64,000 bases of DNA, taken from positions 218,263-282,262 of the forward strand of contig OZ025755.1 in assembly GCA_964019335.1 (NCBI GenBank), read 5' to 3'. How positions within the stretch are numbered: the stretch's first letter is position 1; each line of letters starts with the position of its first letter. This DNA is from Diplonema japonicum. Its lineage: Eukaryota; Protista; Euglenozoa: Diplonemea. Below the pieces are notes generated by a model. It was not told where the DNA came from, did not search any database, and saw only the letters and a list, made by a program, of their open reading frames with translations. Below, in pieces: positions 1 to 11,015 of this stretch. A program made the position numbers and the translations under genes.

Positions 1-1002
1 CCCCACAAGGTACTGTCCCGTTATTGGGAGAACACCCCCCCCCCCCCCCCCGCCTCCCCCTTCTTTAGTATTTTAAAAAAAAAAGAAAAGAAAAAGCGTG
101 AATTAGAAGGAAGCTTACTACTGGGGAAAAAAAATCTCAAAAAAAAAAAATAAAAAACATAGAAATAGAGAGAATAAAAAAAAAAAACATATTTTCCAAG
201 TACTTGTCTTAAATATTAACTTTTCAAGGAATTATTGGGAACATGGGGTGGGGGGGGTGGTTGTAATCAAAGGTTGGTTCTTGCAGTGCCCGTGCACTCT
301 GGTGGTGACATTTTTTCACATTCTTCTTCTTCTTCTCCACTTGTTTCGGCGTAGGCGATTTTTGGGCGTATCGGAAACATCACACAAAAAAAAACGAAAA
401 AATTTTAAATAGAGATAAAAATTGAAAGTCATAAAAAGAATTTCTCCTTTTTTGGGAAGGGGGGGGGGGGGGGGTCCTCAATCCAAGGTGCACCAGCAGG
501 TAAGCAGAAAAGCCCCTCCCCCAAAAAAGAAATAGAACTAATATATATATAAAAAAAAAAAAGGAGAAAAAAACCAATAGGTATAAAAGCAAGCGGCCCG
601 ATATGAGAAAGAGGAAGATGAAGAAGAAGAAAGAAAGAAAAAAAAAGAAAGAAAACTGAAAGGGTTTCAAATAGGGATACAAACAGCCCTGAATTGAATT
701 TTGGCACTTAACGAACTGGTGGAAATAGAGAAGTGCCACAAGGGGGGTTGCCAAAAAAACCATTTCGAAAATATGAAAAAAAAGGGGGGGGTAAACCCGA
801 CTTATTAGTGAAAATAAGAGCATTATTTCACTTGTGGTGGCAGGACTTGCCTAGTAGCACATGAAAGTAAACTTCGATACCTGCTCATTTAAGCCCGCTC
901 CGCCGCACGTGGAAAAAAAATATCTTTTATTTTCACTTTTTAAATAGTTAATTTCTTCCTCCCCCCCCACTCCTCCCTCTTCGGAATGCGATACCCTGTA
1001 GT

Positions 1003-1034
<32 letters not shown>

Positions 1035-1036
<2 letters not shown>

Positions 1037-1326
1037 TTTCACTCTTCGTTCATTTTTCTTCACTCACTTAACGCGAAATGGGGTTTCAGAGTGAAAAAAA
1101 ATGGGTCTTGTCGTGGAAAAAAATGTACCCAACCTCTTGAAAAAAAAGTAGGGGATGGGGTATTTTGACTATTTTTTGGCCATCTGAAGCCATTCCGGCC
1201 CTTAAAAGTGGGAATAAGTGCTTTACTTCCTAAAATGCCACATTGAAATAGCTATCCCGTATTACCTTAGGAAACAGCAGTGAAAGCAGTGAAGAGTGAG
1301 TGACTCAAATAACGAAGAGTGAAATA
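1035..1326. mobile_element. Possible degenerate non-autonomous element bounded by a 16-bp inverted repeat
   Basis: TATTTCACTCTTCGTT (1035-1050) is the exact reverse complement of AACGAAGAGTGAAATA (1311-1326); inner CACTCACT/AGTGAGTG also pair. No TSD or ORF identified. Confidence 0.35.
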
Positions 1327-1437
1327 AAACGACTTACTTGCCGCCAAATGAGCCATTATTTAACACTCGTTACCGTTTTTTTGCAAAAAATTCGGGAACT
1401 CGAGTTAAATAATGACTCATAATTTGTTGGCAATAAA

Positions 1438-1473
<36 letters not shown>

Positions 1474-1515
1474 CGTAGAAATAGAAAAAAAAATTATTAA
1501 AAAAAAAGAGGAGAT

Positions 1516-1546
<31 letters not shown>

Positions 1547-2094
1547 GTCTCTCCATTCTTCGCCTTTTGTTTTCCTCGTTCTTCTTTTTTTTTAAATAAC
1601 GGAGTAAAAAAAAAATCATAAAAATTGAGGGGGGGGGAGAGAGAGAGAGAGAGAGAGAAGCTACAGGGGGGGCGAGAGGGAACCTTCTTCTTTTTTTTTT
1701 TGGTGGCTGTTTGTGGTGGTTCCTCTTTTGGAGTCATTCCCCCTCCCCCCCTCCTTTTTATATTTGTTCAGAATATTAAAAAAAAAAGTAGGTGGGTATT
1801 TCCTCCCCACCGTCTTTCTTGTTTTTAAAAACTTTTTTTTTCCCTCTCGGAGGGGGCAAGAGAGGGTACAGGGAAAGAGTGGGGTGGGAAGGGGGTGGGG
1901 GGGGATAACAAGGGGCAAGCTGCCGTGCAGGGGAGAGGGAAGTAAAATAAAAATTTTTTTAAAAAAAAAAAAACTTCCTTCTTTTTTTTTTCTTTTCTTC
2001 TTTTTTGCTGCTATTTTTTTTTTTTTTTTTTTAGTAGACAAACTCTGCGTCAACACGGAAAAAAAAGGGGGGGGGAAGAATTTGGGGGAAATTA

Positions 2095-2244
2095 CCGTAT
2101 TTTAAAACATATGAGATTCCAAATCTTTGGAATCATTTGCAAAGTATTTAAAAACCTTATGTGTCACGAGCCTCTTTTTTTTTAACATACTCCTTCACTG
2201 TAAAAGGTGATGCAAGTGGCAAAGGTACAGTACTTAAAATACGG
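2095..2244. mobile_element. 150-bp MITE, TA-flanked, Tc1/mariner-pogo type
   Basis: TA|CCGTATTTTAA ... TTAAAATACGG|TA perfect terminal inverted repeat; internal palindrome GATTCCAAA-TC-TTTGGAATC (~2115-2134). Confidence 0.65.
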
Positions 2245-2505
2245 TAATTAATTAGGCTAACGATGTGCAGTGTCTCTCCTAGGAGCCTTAATGGGGGGGG
2301 GGGGGGGGGAACTTTCTTCTTATTTTTTTTGAATCCTCACACGCCCCGTAATCCTAAATATATGGCTAGCTACTCCGGTATTTGATTTATTTGACATAGT
2401 TTTTGGGGGAAAAAAAAAAGAACAAAAAGAGTTGGCGGTGTCCTTTTAGCAATAACAATACCGTTTTTTTTTTTCTCAACTTTTTTTTATATAAATTTGT
2501 ATTGC

Positions 2506-2538
<33 letters not shown>

Positions 2539-2626
2539 TGGGGATTTTTCCAAGGGTTTTTTGCGAAAATAATTAATGAGAAATTTATACCAGAAAAGCT
2601 CACTATAACAAAGGTTGGGTGATTTA

Positions 2627-2667
<41 letters not shown>

Positions 2668-3756
2668 CATAAGAGAAAGCAGGGAAGGGGCAAGAAGAGG
2701 GCAGGGAGGGAAAGGGTGATTTTGATAATTGAAAAAAAAAAAGTGTTTTTTTTTTCTCTTTTTTTTTTCGTGTCTGTTCTAAAAAAAAAAGGGGGGAGGC
2801 GTTCAAAAAAAGAAGGGGGGGGAAAAAAAGAGAGAAAGAGAGAGAGAGAGGCAGGTTTTTTAACCCAAAGTAACGTGGTGGTGGGGATCTAGAAACTGCT
2901 GACGGCAAAAATACTTTTACTTTTTTTTTTTTAAATCCACTATAAGGGGAAGCGACATGTTTTGCAATAATACTCGTTCTGAAGGGGAAGGAAAAAAAAG
3001 AAAAAAAAAACAAGTTTTTTTTTTTTTTTCTTTTTTACGGGGAGAAAGGAGTTGACATTTTTTTTTCCCCTAAAAACCCCCCCTTTTTCGGCAAATTTTG
3101 CGTTTTTTTTTCTTTTTGGCCTTTTTTTGAACATGTTTCACGTATTGCGGAGAGAAGGTACTAAATTTGGACTGGCTTTCTTCTTCTTCTTTTTTTAAGG
3201 CCTGAAAGGCTTTGCTGGCCAATTTTATCTACTGGTTGAACACCCCCCCCCAAAAAAAAAGGTACCTTCTTTTTCAGATTTTGTTATAATCGCAAATCGG
3301 TATTTTCAATTTCCTTCTTTGTTTTAAAGGTTAAAAAAAAGGGGGGGGGAAATGCTAACCTTCGTCTCGTGAGGTACATGGCTTTTTTTTTTTGTTTTGT
3401 TTTTTCTCCCTCTTTTTTTTTCTTTACATTGTTGCAGGAAAAAAAAAGAGCCCCCTCTTTAAAAAAAAAAAAAAGAAATCTAGTTGTTTTTAGTATTTTC
3501 AACAAGTCGATTGGATCACAAGTAAAGCCAGTTCCTTTTTTTTTTTTGCCACAGAGGGATGATTTTTTTTACCCCGAACAACTTTCAGAGACATGGTTCT
3601 TCTTCCTTCTTTTTTTTTTCTTCTTCTTTCTAAAGGAAAAGAGACAGTGTTCATTCTTTTTTTTTTTTCACACAACTAAAAAAAAGTTCTTTCTTATTCT
3701 TGTTTTTTTTTTTCTTTCTTTTTTTTTTTAAAAAATAAAAAATAAAAATAAAAATA

Positions 3757-4814
3757 CCGGATTTGTACTTATATTTGTTATGTGAAAAGTCCCAAATTGG
3801 GCAAAAAATTCGAAAAAGGTACATAATATTTAGAACACCATTAAGACAGAACATAAAAATTACAAAAATAAAAAAAATCCCAGAAAATATCTCTAAAAAT
3901 AAAAAATCCCAAGACAAAAACAAAATACCCCCCAGCCGGGGGGGTGGTATTACCGCATTTCCGGGTGGGAGATCGTTAAAAAGGTAAGCGAACCCTGGCC
4001 CGGATAAGCCTCGACACTTCAGGCAAGAATAAAAGGACGCATAATCTGCAGGTTCTTCCTCCTCACCCCCACCATGGGCAATCTCGCGGGATCGCTTGCG
4101 TAGCTAGCTATGACGTCCTGTTTCGCCCGGTCAGCAACCGGCTTCGAGGCAGTCTTGTTGGGTGCTTCTCGGTCCACTTCCGCGTTCCGGCTGAAAGGCC
4201 GAATTGCCGGACCAGTTCACCCAGCTCCTCCTTCTCTGCCTCGGTCCACTTCTTGTTCTTCCGGGCAGGCTGGGGTTCCTCCAAGCGGGACATCTCTTCC
4301 TCCACTGCCTGCCTGGCGGCTGGGGGGGGGAGAGGCCTGTTGATGATGAAAATCATTGAAAGTCCGCATAGAAAGTCACCGACTCACCGAGAGGTCGGGA
4401 CGGGATAGGCACTATCGGACTGGTCGGTAAATCACATGACAACCTCATGGGTCTTATCACATATCTCATGATGGGATACCTCGGTATACCATCGGCGGTT
4501 ATAGTGGGATATGCAATGGGCGCGTACCGGTCACGGGCAGTCAAGAAGCCATGGAGCGACATGTTTTTTATTCAGGGTATAGGGTTGGATTTTTTTAAAT
4601 GATTATTTATGTTGGAACTGCTTTAAGGTGACTTTGATTTTAGTGGGGCCTGTCCTGGGGGGGATCAGGCCAAAAATAATAAAAATAATCTTTTGTATTG
4701 TTCTGTAAAAAGTCCCAAGTTGGGTCCAAAATCCGAAAAAAGGTACATAATTTATACAGTACACTAAATCCCCAGACCATTATTAAAGCTGAACAAATAT
4801 AAATACAAATCCGG
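3757..4814. mobile_element. 1058-bp non-autonomous TIR element with TA target duplication, carrying GC-rich cargo
   Basis: Left TA|CCGGATTTGTACTTATATTTGTT, right AACAAATATAAATACAAATCCGG|TA (23 bp, 1 mismatch); subterminal direct repeat AAAAGTCCCAA.TTGGG...AAAAAGGTACATAAT at ~3786 and ~4708. Confidence 0.75.
4108..4356 (-). pseudogene. Myb/SANT-like DNA-binding fragment inside the TIR element
   Basis: KKWTEAEKEELGELVRQFG...W..KHPT resembles Myb helix 1-2 (WT.EE..L..LV..FG); short and apparently frameshifted afterwards. Confidence 0.4.
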
Positions 4815-5074
4815 TAAAAATAAAATTAAAAAAATCGGTGGGACCCTTAACGCTGGGTTGAGGCACGGTGAAAAACAATAAATAAATAAATGGGGAAAAA
4901 TATTTTTTTTTTTTAAATTAAGGTGGTGGTTACAAAATAAAAAAAGTTAAAGAAAAAAAAAATAAAAAAAGCACTGTCTCTTCTTCCAACAGGTAAGGGG
5001 GTAAGTTCAGAGAGCGGGAATAAAAAAAATAAAAAAAAAAAAAAAAAAAAAAAAAATCATTCATCTTCATCTTC

Positions 5075-6610
5075 TCAAGGTAGTGAAAGCCGTGCTTTAC
5101 GCTTTGCATCTTCGATTTCCTTCTGCTGTTTGTCCGGCGAAACCTGTGGGACTAATAGAGGAACAGTCGGTGGGACCAACACCACCGCCCCGGCACCCTT
5201 CTTGTCCTTCACCCGGCCCCGCCGCTTCTTCGACTTCCCTTTCACGAAATGCATACAAATCTTAAAAGGCAATGGGGTTATGTCACAAACGTCAATTCCA
5301 TTCAGTGTGCCTATGCTAAGAAAAGCTTGATCAGCTGAAGGATACGTAACGAGAACCTGGGCAGGGCCTTCTTCAGTGATCGACAAAAACGGCTGTTGCT
5401 CCCTCGTTAGCGTGGCTCTGGTGATTTCAACAATGCTCATGTGGGGATAATGTTGAGGTAGGCCCCATACAGCAACTCGTTCGGAGGGCGGGGCATTCAC
5501 ATCATGTGGTGCTGGTGGGGGTGGTATATCGTATCTAGCACATCTCATTCTGTCCTTAAGCTCCGTTTCGTGGCCCGACCAATGCGTGGCGTTGGCGTGG
5601 TTGCCTATCTTTACAGACAGCATTCTCCCAAAAACTGTGATCCGGTTTAAATGTTTTCTCAAGTTTCCAGCGTCGATTTGTGTTTTAAACTGAACAAGCG
5701 CGCATTCAGAATGTTGCACCAATAGCCGTGCAGCCACGAGATCCCCGTACTGCCCGGCAACCTTCCACAATAACGAAATCGAAATTTCTTGTTGATCTTG
5801 CATTGTGTACCGTGCCCCGGCAAGGCCTGAAATGTGAACGCAAGATCCTGGTTTTCCTTCAGGGATACCCTCGTCGGGGGAAACTGGGATGTAACATTTT
5901 TGAAGGTTGGAGAGTTGTTGCGGGATAAGCCATCCTTCCCCTCTTCTCCACACACCCCACAAAAAATCATACGGAGCAGGAGGCGTCCAACCCGACCGAA
6001 GAACCACCTGGTTGACAAGCTTGAAGTCCCTGTTTCGTTTGTCGTCGCTTTTAAACTTCAAATGGGGTTGGTTTGAAGGCAACACAACAAGATATGTAGG
6101 CGCAGAACCTGAAAGTTGAACGTGTCTCGACGATAAGAAAGACATTGCTCTGTTAGCTTGTGTTGTGTGGGAGTACTGGACCAAAAGTTGTTTGCGTCCA
6201 TCTTTTTCGAAGAAAGACAGGCGTTCTACTACACCAAATTGGCTAAAAAGCCAGTAGAACTGGTTAGCATCGGGGTCATCCGTGAACCCATTGAGTACAA
6301 CAAGCAGCATTTTTGGTGAGGAGGACCCGACAGAGGCAGCCGCTACGACATCACGCTGTTGAAGAATTTTCAGCTCGTCCCCGACTACAGCTGGAGCTTG
6401 TGTTAGATTACCCGCCGATCCTGTGGGCCCCAGGGGTTTTATAAATCTGATTGGAAACCCAGATGAACGAGTCTCCTCTGTTTCGACCGCATCCTGTTGT
6501 TGTAGTTGTAGTTGTTGTTGTTGTTGCTGCGGTTCTTTCTCAGGCGCTTCGTGCGCGAGAAATTCCTGCCGGGACGATAGTAGGGGGGACGCATTTGGTG
6601 GCCATTGCAT
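5075..6610 (-). CDS. Polypyrimidine-tract-binding protein / hnRNP-L-like multi-RRM RNA-binding protein (~511 aa)
   Basis: LFSQFGVVERLSFFEKDGRKQLLVQY...LKFKSDDKRNRDF (PTB RRM2-like); GQYGDLVAARLL...ALVQF...HLNRITVFGRMLSV (RRM3-like). Start placed at the ATG after the A-run (MQWPP); the upstream ORF extension is homopolymer. Confidence 0.8.
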   Translation of the reverse strand: MQWPPNASPLLSSRQEFLAHEAPEKEPQQQQQQLQLQQQDAVETEETRSSGFPIRFIKPLGPTGSAGNLTQAPAVVGDELKILQQRDVVAAASVGSSSPKMLLVVLNGFTDDPDANQFYWLFSQFGVVERLSFFEKDGRKQLLVQYSHTTQANRAMSFLSSRHVQLSGSAPTYLVVLPSNQPHLKFKSDDKRNRDFKLVNQVVLRSGWTPPAPYDFLWGVWRRGEGWLIPQQLSNLQKCYIPVSPDEGIPEGKPGSCVHISGLAGARYTMQDQQEISISLLWKVAGQYGDLVAARLLVQHSECALVQFKTQIDAGNLRKHLNRITVFGRMLSVKIGNHANATHWSGHETELKDRMRCARYDIPPPPAPHDVNAPPSERVAVWGLPQHYPHMSIVEITRATLTREQQPFLSITEEGPAQVLVTYPSADQAFLSIGTLNGIDVCDITPLPFKICMHFVKGKSKKRRGRVKDKKGAGAVVLVPPTVPLLVPQVSPDKQQKEIEDAKRKARLSLP

Positions 6611-7435
6611 CTTTTTTTTTTTAAAAAGAGAGGGAGAAGAGAGTTCGAAGAAAAGGAAATATATAAAAAAATAAAAAAAAAAAGAAGAAGGAAGAAAAAA
6701 AAGAAGTGGAGAGGGGGGTGTAAAAAAAAAGGAAAAGGAGGGTGTCGACGGAACTACCCCCCCCTCCCCCACCCCCCTCTCCAGGATTTTTTTTCCCTTT
6801 TTTTTTGTCTTTTTTTCTTCTTTTTTTTTTCTCCCTTTTTTATTTTTCCTCCCCCCCCCTCACCTCCGGGTTTTCGAGGGAAAAAAAAAGTGTGGAATAC
6901 GTGGCGGGGGAATTTTTTTTTTTTCGTTTCCTTCTTTAAAAAATGGTTACAGCGGGGGAGGGGTTCTTTTTTTCCTTCCTCCCCCTCTTCCTTTCTTCTA
7001 CACTCTCTCTCTCTCCCCCCTCCACCTCCCCTCTCCCCCCCCTTCCTGTTTTTTTGTTTTGTTTTTTTTGGGGGGGGATAAAGAAGTATTTTTAGCAGAA
7101 AAAAATACTTCCCCCCCCCCTCCCCATAAGGAAGCTGCAAAAAAAAACTAGAAAAACTAGATAAAAAGGGGGGGGGGGGGAGGGGAGGGGAGGGGAGGGC
7201 AAAAACGTGACGCAAAAAGGGAAAACCCACTACGGCATGGAGCAACAACAGAAAAAGAAGAAAAAAAGAAGAAGCAAAACACGTTTTGCTCAAACACCCA
7301 CCAGCCAAAAAAAAAAAAGTCTTTTTTTTCAAATAATAACGAGAAATGACCCACCAACAAGAAAAAATATAAAACCAAGGATAGGGGGGGGGGGGAAGAA
7401 ACCCAATTAGATTTAAAAAAAAAATCACCACCCTC

Positions 7436-8334
7436 CTACTCTCCAAGCACACCGCAATCAGCAATTTCAACATCCTTGATAGGCTTGTCGCCTTCACCCT
7501 TTTCAGTGCCCTCCATGAGCTTCACCACCTCCATACCTTCGATGACCTCACCAAAAACAACGTGCTTTCTGCGTGAATTTTTTTTTTTTTTTTAAAAAGA
7601 TTTTTTTTTTTTTAAATTCCATACCCATCAAGATGAGGAGTAGCAGTGGTTGTAATGAAGAATTGGGAGCCGTTGGTTCCGGGGCCTGCGTTGGCCATGG
7701 ACAGGAGACCCTCCTTGGTGTGGGTGATTTTGAAGTTTTCATCTTCGAATTTTGCTCCGAAAATGGATTCTCCACCCCGACCATCGCCTGTTGTGAAGTC
7801 CCCACCTTGACACATGAATGACGGGATAATACGGTGGAATTTAGAACCTTTGTAGTGGAGGGGTTTACCCGATTCACCAGTTCCCTTTTCACCTGTGGAA
7901 AGCGCGCGGAAGTTTTCGCAGGTAACGGGGGTTGTTTTGCCGTAGAGGCCAAATACAATTCGCCCCTTGGGTTCGCCACCGATTGTCATGTCAAAGAAAA
8001 CCTTGTCAGTGAAGGTCATATCGGGGGGAACGTCGTCCTTCTTCAGAAGGTACTCCCATGAGCCCGTGTTGCCAGAAGATTTCGCCTTCGCGATGGTGCA
8101 AATCATGCATCGTTCTCCTGCCTCCTCGTCGATCTCCCACACGCTGTCATCCACGCTAGCGATTTTCCACAGTTCCTCTTCCTTGAGGGGCTCCTTCCCC
8201 CTGATGCCGGCGGAGACCTTGTGTGGGGTGAGGTCCCATGTCAGATCCTTCCCCTTTATCTTCCCGATCGGGATCACTACCGTGATGTCCTCGTTGCTCT
8301 GCCTCCATGAGTATCCTTCCCCTTGCTGGGTCAT
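7436..8334 (-). CDS. CS (NudC/p23-like) domain + cyclophilin peptidyl-prolyl isomerase; join(7625..8334,7436..7568), 280 aa
   Basis: N-terminal [15 protein letters not shown]...[11 protein letters not shown] motif; cyclophilin motifs [32 protein letters not shown]; splicing restores [19 protein letters not shown], ending in TAG at 7436-7438. Confidence 0.93.
7569..7624 (-). other. 56-nt GT-AG intron, poly(A)-filled
   Basis: GTATGG...A-runs...TTCACGCAG; removal is required to restore the conserved LDGKHVVFG motif. Confidence 0.92.
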
Positions 8335-9198
8335 TTTTTTTTTTTTTTTTTTTCCTTTTTTTTTTTTTTTTTTTTGAGAAAATTAATATGAAAAAGGGGG
8401 GTGTGTGGTGTGGTGTGGTGTGGTGGGGTAACGTTTGTTTCATCTCTCTTTTTTTTTTTTTTTTGTTTTTTTTTTTTTTTTTTTTTTTTTTTGTGCAGTT
8501 TTTTCACTCTTTTCTTTAGAAATTACTTTCACGCCTCTCAGATTCGGGGGGTGAAGGTTAAATTTCAGAAGGGTCGTGAAATAAAAAAAAATTGCTTGCG
8601 CCAAGGAATGACTTTTTTTTTTTTTTTTTTTACCGCCTATCTCGAGTTATGCATTTTCTTTTTTTTACCTCGAGGCACTGGCAAATGTGTCACTACTACA
8701 ATAGTAAATACTGTAAAGCGAAAATCCCGGAATGACTCTTGCAATTCTTGGGGCAACCAGGGGTGTCGACCCAATGAGCGCTTCACGAACTACGCGGGCG
8801 TACTTGGCGTCAAAGGAGAGGAAAAAAATATATATGAGTTATACATACATACACCGGATCCCTTCTTGAAGATAGTGTTCTCCCCATAAGCCCCTCAGCT
8901 AAAAAAAAAAAAGATTCCGGGGGAGAAAAATGCCGGAGTGACAAACTCCCGGAGAAAAAAAAAACCTCCCCCCCCCCCGGATATTTTTTTCAATTCCGGA
9001 TTTTTTCGTTTTTACAGTAGCTATTTTTCGTTCTTTCTTTCTTTCAACTTGTGTTTGAGAGGGCAATTTGCGATAAAGTATCAGCTATGGAAAAAAAAAA
9101 AAAGATAGGGCAAACATGTCAGAGATCCTCGACCGAGCTTAGCTCGGAAATGGTAATAAAATTTCTCTGTAAGAATAAAAAAAAAAAAAAAAAAAGGT

Positions 9199-10611
9199 CT
9201 ACAATTTCGACACTACTTTTTTGTACTCGTCCTTGTCCTTAATATTCTCCGAGACATAGTTTTTTATAGAGGCGTGCTGCCGTTCCAGCCGGTCCCACTC
9301 CCCTTCGCCTTCGCCGTTCTCCCTCACCGGTTGCACCGCGGATTTCGTCTGCCAGAAGAGAACATCCCTCGAAGGGTTACTTTCGAGAAAATCCACCATA
9401 ACCGCAGAGGCCTTTGCTGTGAAACACCCGCACATCCACAGAGGAGGGCTTGGTTCCGGCACCATCGTCTCCATAATTTTCTTCCCGTTTTTAGAATGCG
9501 CGGAGTGCCCGCCATACTTTGGGTTCCCGTACCGCTCACCGTAGTACAAAGTGGCCTTGATATTTGAAGCAATTTCTAATGCGTCAGTCTTCACAGAATC
9601 ATCTACACAACCAAGGGAAATCAAAATATCAGTGGCGTCCCTCACCAAACGTTTTAGGAAGTAACTCATGATCCCCGCTCGCTTCTCAACAGCGGCACCC
9701 TTATCATGGATAAAGACAGGTCTTATTACAGGAATGTTCCCATCGGACCAAACACCCATGTTCAAGAATCTTGACAACGCGATGCCGAGGCAGATGCCGG
9801 CACTGGTGCATCCTGAACCCCATGGGAGGAAAATGTCTGTTATGGGTTTTGCAGAATTACATTTAATTTGATCGGCTAGCTCGAGGGCAGCGGAGGCGTT
9901 TCCCAGGACTCCTACAGGTTGCGCGCCACCTGGAAAGAATACAGGTTCATTGGTATTCAAAGAGTTTTTAAGTTTCGAGATAAAATCAAAACGGTGGGAC
10001 ATCCCTGCGTAAGGGAGCGTAAGTGTCGTGGGAAAGGACAGGACCGACAGAATGTTGAGAGCATTGTCGCGGTCTGGAGCTTCTTCACTCATATAAACAC
10101 TTCGAACTGTTCTTCCAGAGTGGACTGCCGTGGCGACGATTTGATTACTTCCCGTGCCTCCTAGAACCGTTAATTCTTCGCCTTTCATGTGTTGTGTCGA
10201 TCCCAGCAAGTATTCTAGCGACCTTACTTTGTTTCCACCATATTTTTCGGAGTTTAAGTCTTCGCGTTTCACCTGAATTTTTCGAGTCTCGCCTGTTTCG
10301 AGGGTTATCGTCCCCTCGATGACCTTTGTAGGGAAATCGCCCAGGCTTGTCCAGCCGATGCGTCCTTTAATGGTTGGGAAGTATTTTGCCAGTACGCATT
10401 TTTCCCAGTTTTCTTTTTCCGGATTTTCCGGGTTTTGCCATTGGGTTCCGTTTTTGTAAACTCTATAGAGCAGGCGTCCCACGTAGACTGCGGTTGCTAT
10501 CCCAAGGAGGAGGAGGAGGAACAGTATTTTCGGGCTTGCGTATCCTATTCCCAGCAGCGTTGTCACAGGCAGTACACGGTGCCGGAGGAATTTTGAAAAT
10601 GAAGGTGCCAT
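9199..10611 (-). CDS. PLP-dependent fold-II enzyme, D-cysteine desulfhydrase / ACC deaminase family, N-terminal membrane anchor (~470 aa)
   Basis: KREDL...YGGNKVRSLEYL (PLP lysine motif), GGTGSNQ, PWGSGCTSAG phosphate-binding loop; hydrophobic N-terminus; unspliced ORF ends -SKL. The C-terminus may be changed by a candidate intron (see findings). Confidence 0.82.
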   Translation of the reverse strand: MAPSFSKFLRHRVLPVTTLLGIGYASPKILFLLLLLGIATAVYVGRLLYRVYKNGTQWQNPENPEKENWEKCVLAKYFPTIKGRIGWTSLGDFPTKVIEGTITLETGETRKIQVKREDLNSEKYGGNKVRSLEYLLGSTQHMKGEELTVLGGTGSNQIVATAVHSGRTVRSVYMSEEAPDRDNALNILSVLSFPTTLTLPYAGMSHRFDFISKLKNSLNTNEPVFFPGGAQPVGVLGNASAALELADQIKCNSAKPITDIFLPWGSGCTSAGICLGIALSRFLNMGVWSDGNIPVIRPVFIHDKGAAVEKRAGIMSYFLKRLVRDATDILISLGCVDDSVKTDALEIASNIKATLYYGERYGNPKYGGHSAHSKNGKKIMETMVPEPSPPLWMCGCFTAKASAVMVDFLESNPSRDVLFWQTKSAVQPVRENGEGEGEWDRLERQHASIKNYVSENIKDKDEYKKVVSKL

Positions 10612-11015
10612 TTTTTTTTTTTTTTTTTTTTTTTTCCTCCTCCCCCCCTTTTTTTTTCGCATTGGGGGAAAAAAAAAAAAAAAAAGAAAAAAAAATCAGA
10701 ATGAACAGAATGCGTGGAACAGAGGGGGGTGGGGGAGAGGGGGGGGAGGTATAATACAGTGATACCAAGAAGGAAGAAAAAAAAGGAGGAGGGGTAAAAA
10801 GGGGAAAAGAGAGTGTTGGAGGGGAGGGGGGGATTTTTTTTAAAAAAAAAAGTATCGTGGTAGTAGGGAGAGGGGAGAAATAAAAAAAAGAAGAAAAAAA
10901 AAAAACCGAACACACTTCGAAAAAAGAAAAGAAGAAAAAACAAAGCAAAGCAACACTTTAGAAGAAAAAAAAAACACTTTTCTTTCTAACTTTTTTTTCC
11001 CCCCCCTCCATTCAC

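Noticed and set aside
267-380. 37-codon minus-strand ORF MFPIRPKIAYAETSGEEEEE...
   Set aside because: Too short, with no motif or supported splice partner; cannot be called.
5074-5101. Possible 27-nt terminal intron in the PTB-like gene; similar GTTCGT candidate at 12205-12236 in the oxidoreductase
   Set aside because: Weak acceptors and no conserved motif requiring splicing; not counted in the intron pattern.
6611-6772. N-terminal ORF extensions in the track (also 10612-10662, 12946-13005, 30284-30517, 57847-58104)
   Set aside because: They run through homopolymer UTR sequence, mostly from non-ATG starts; the downstream ATGs after A-runs are more credible.
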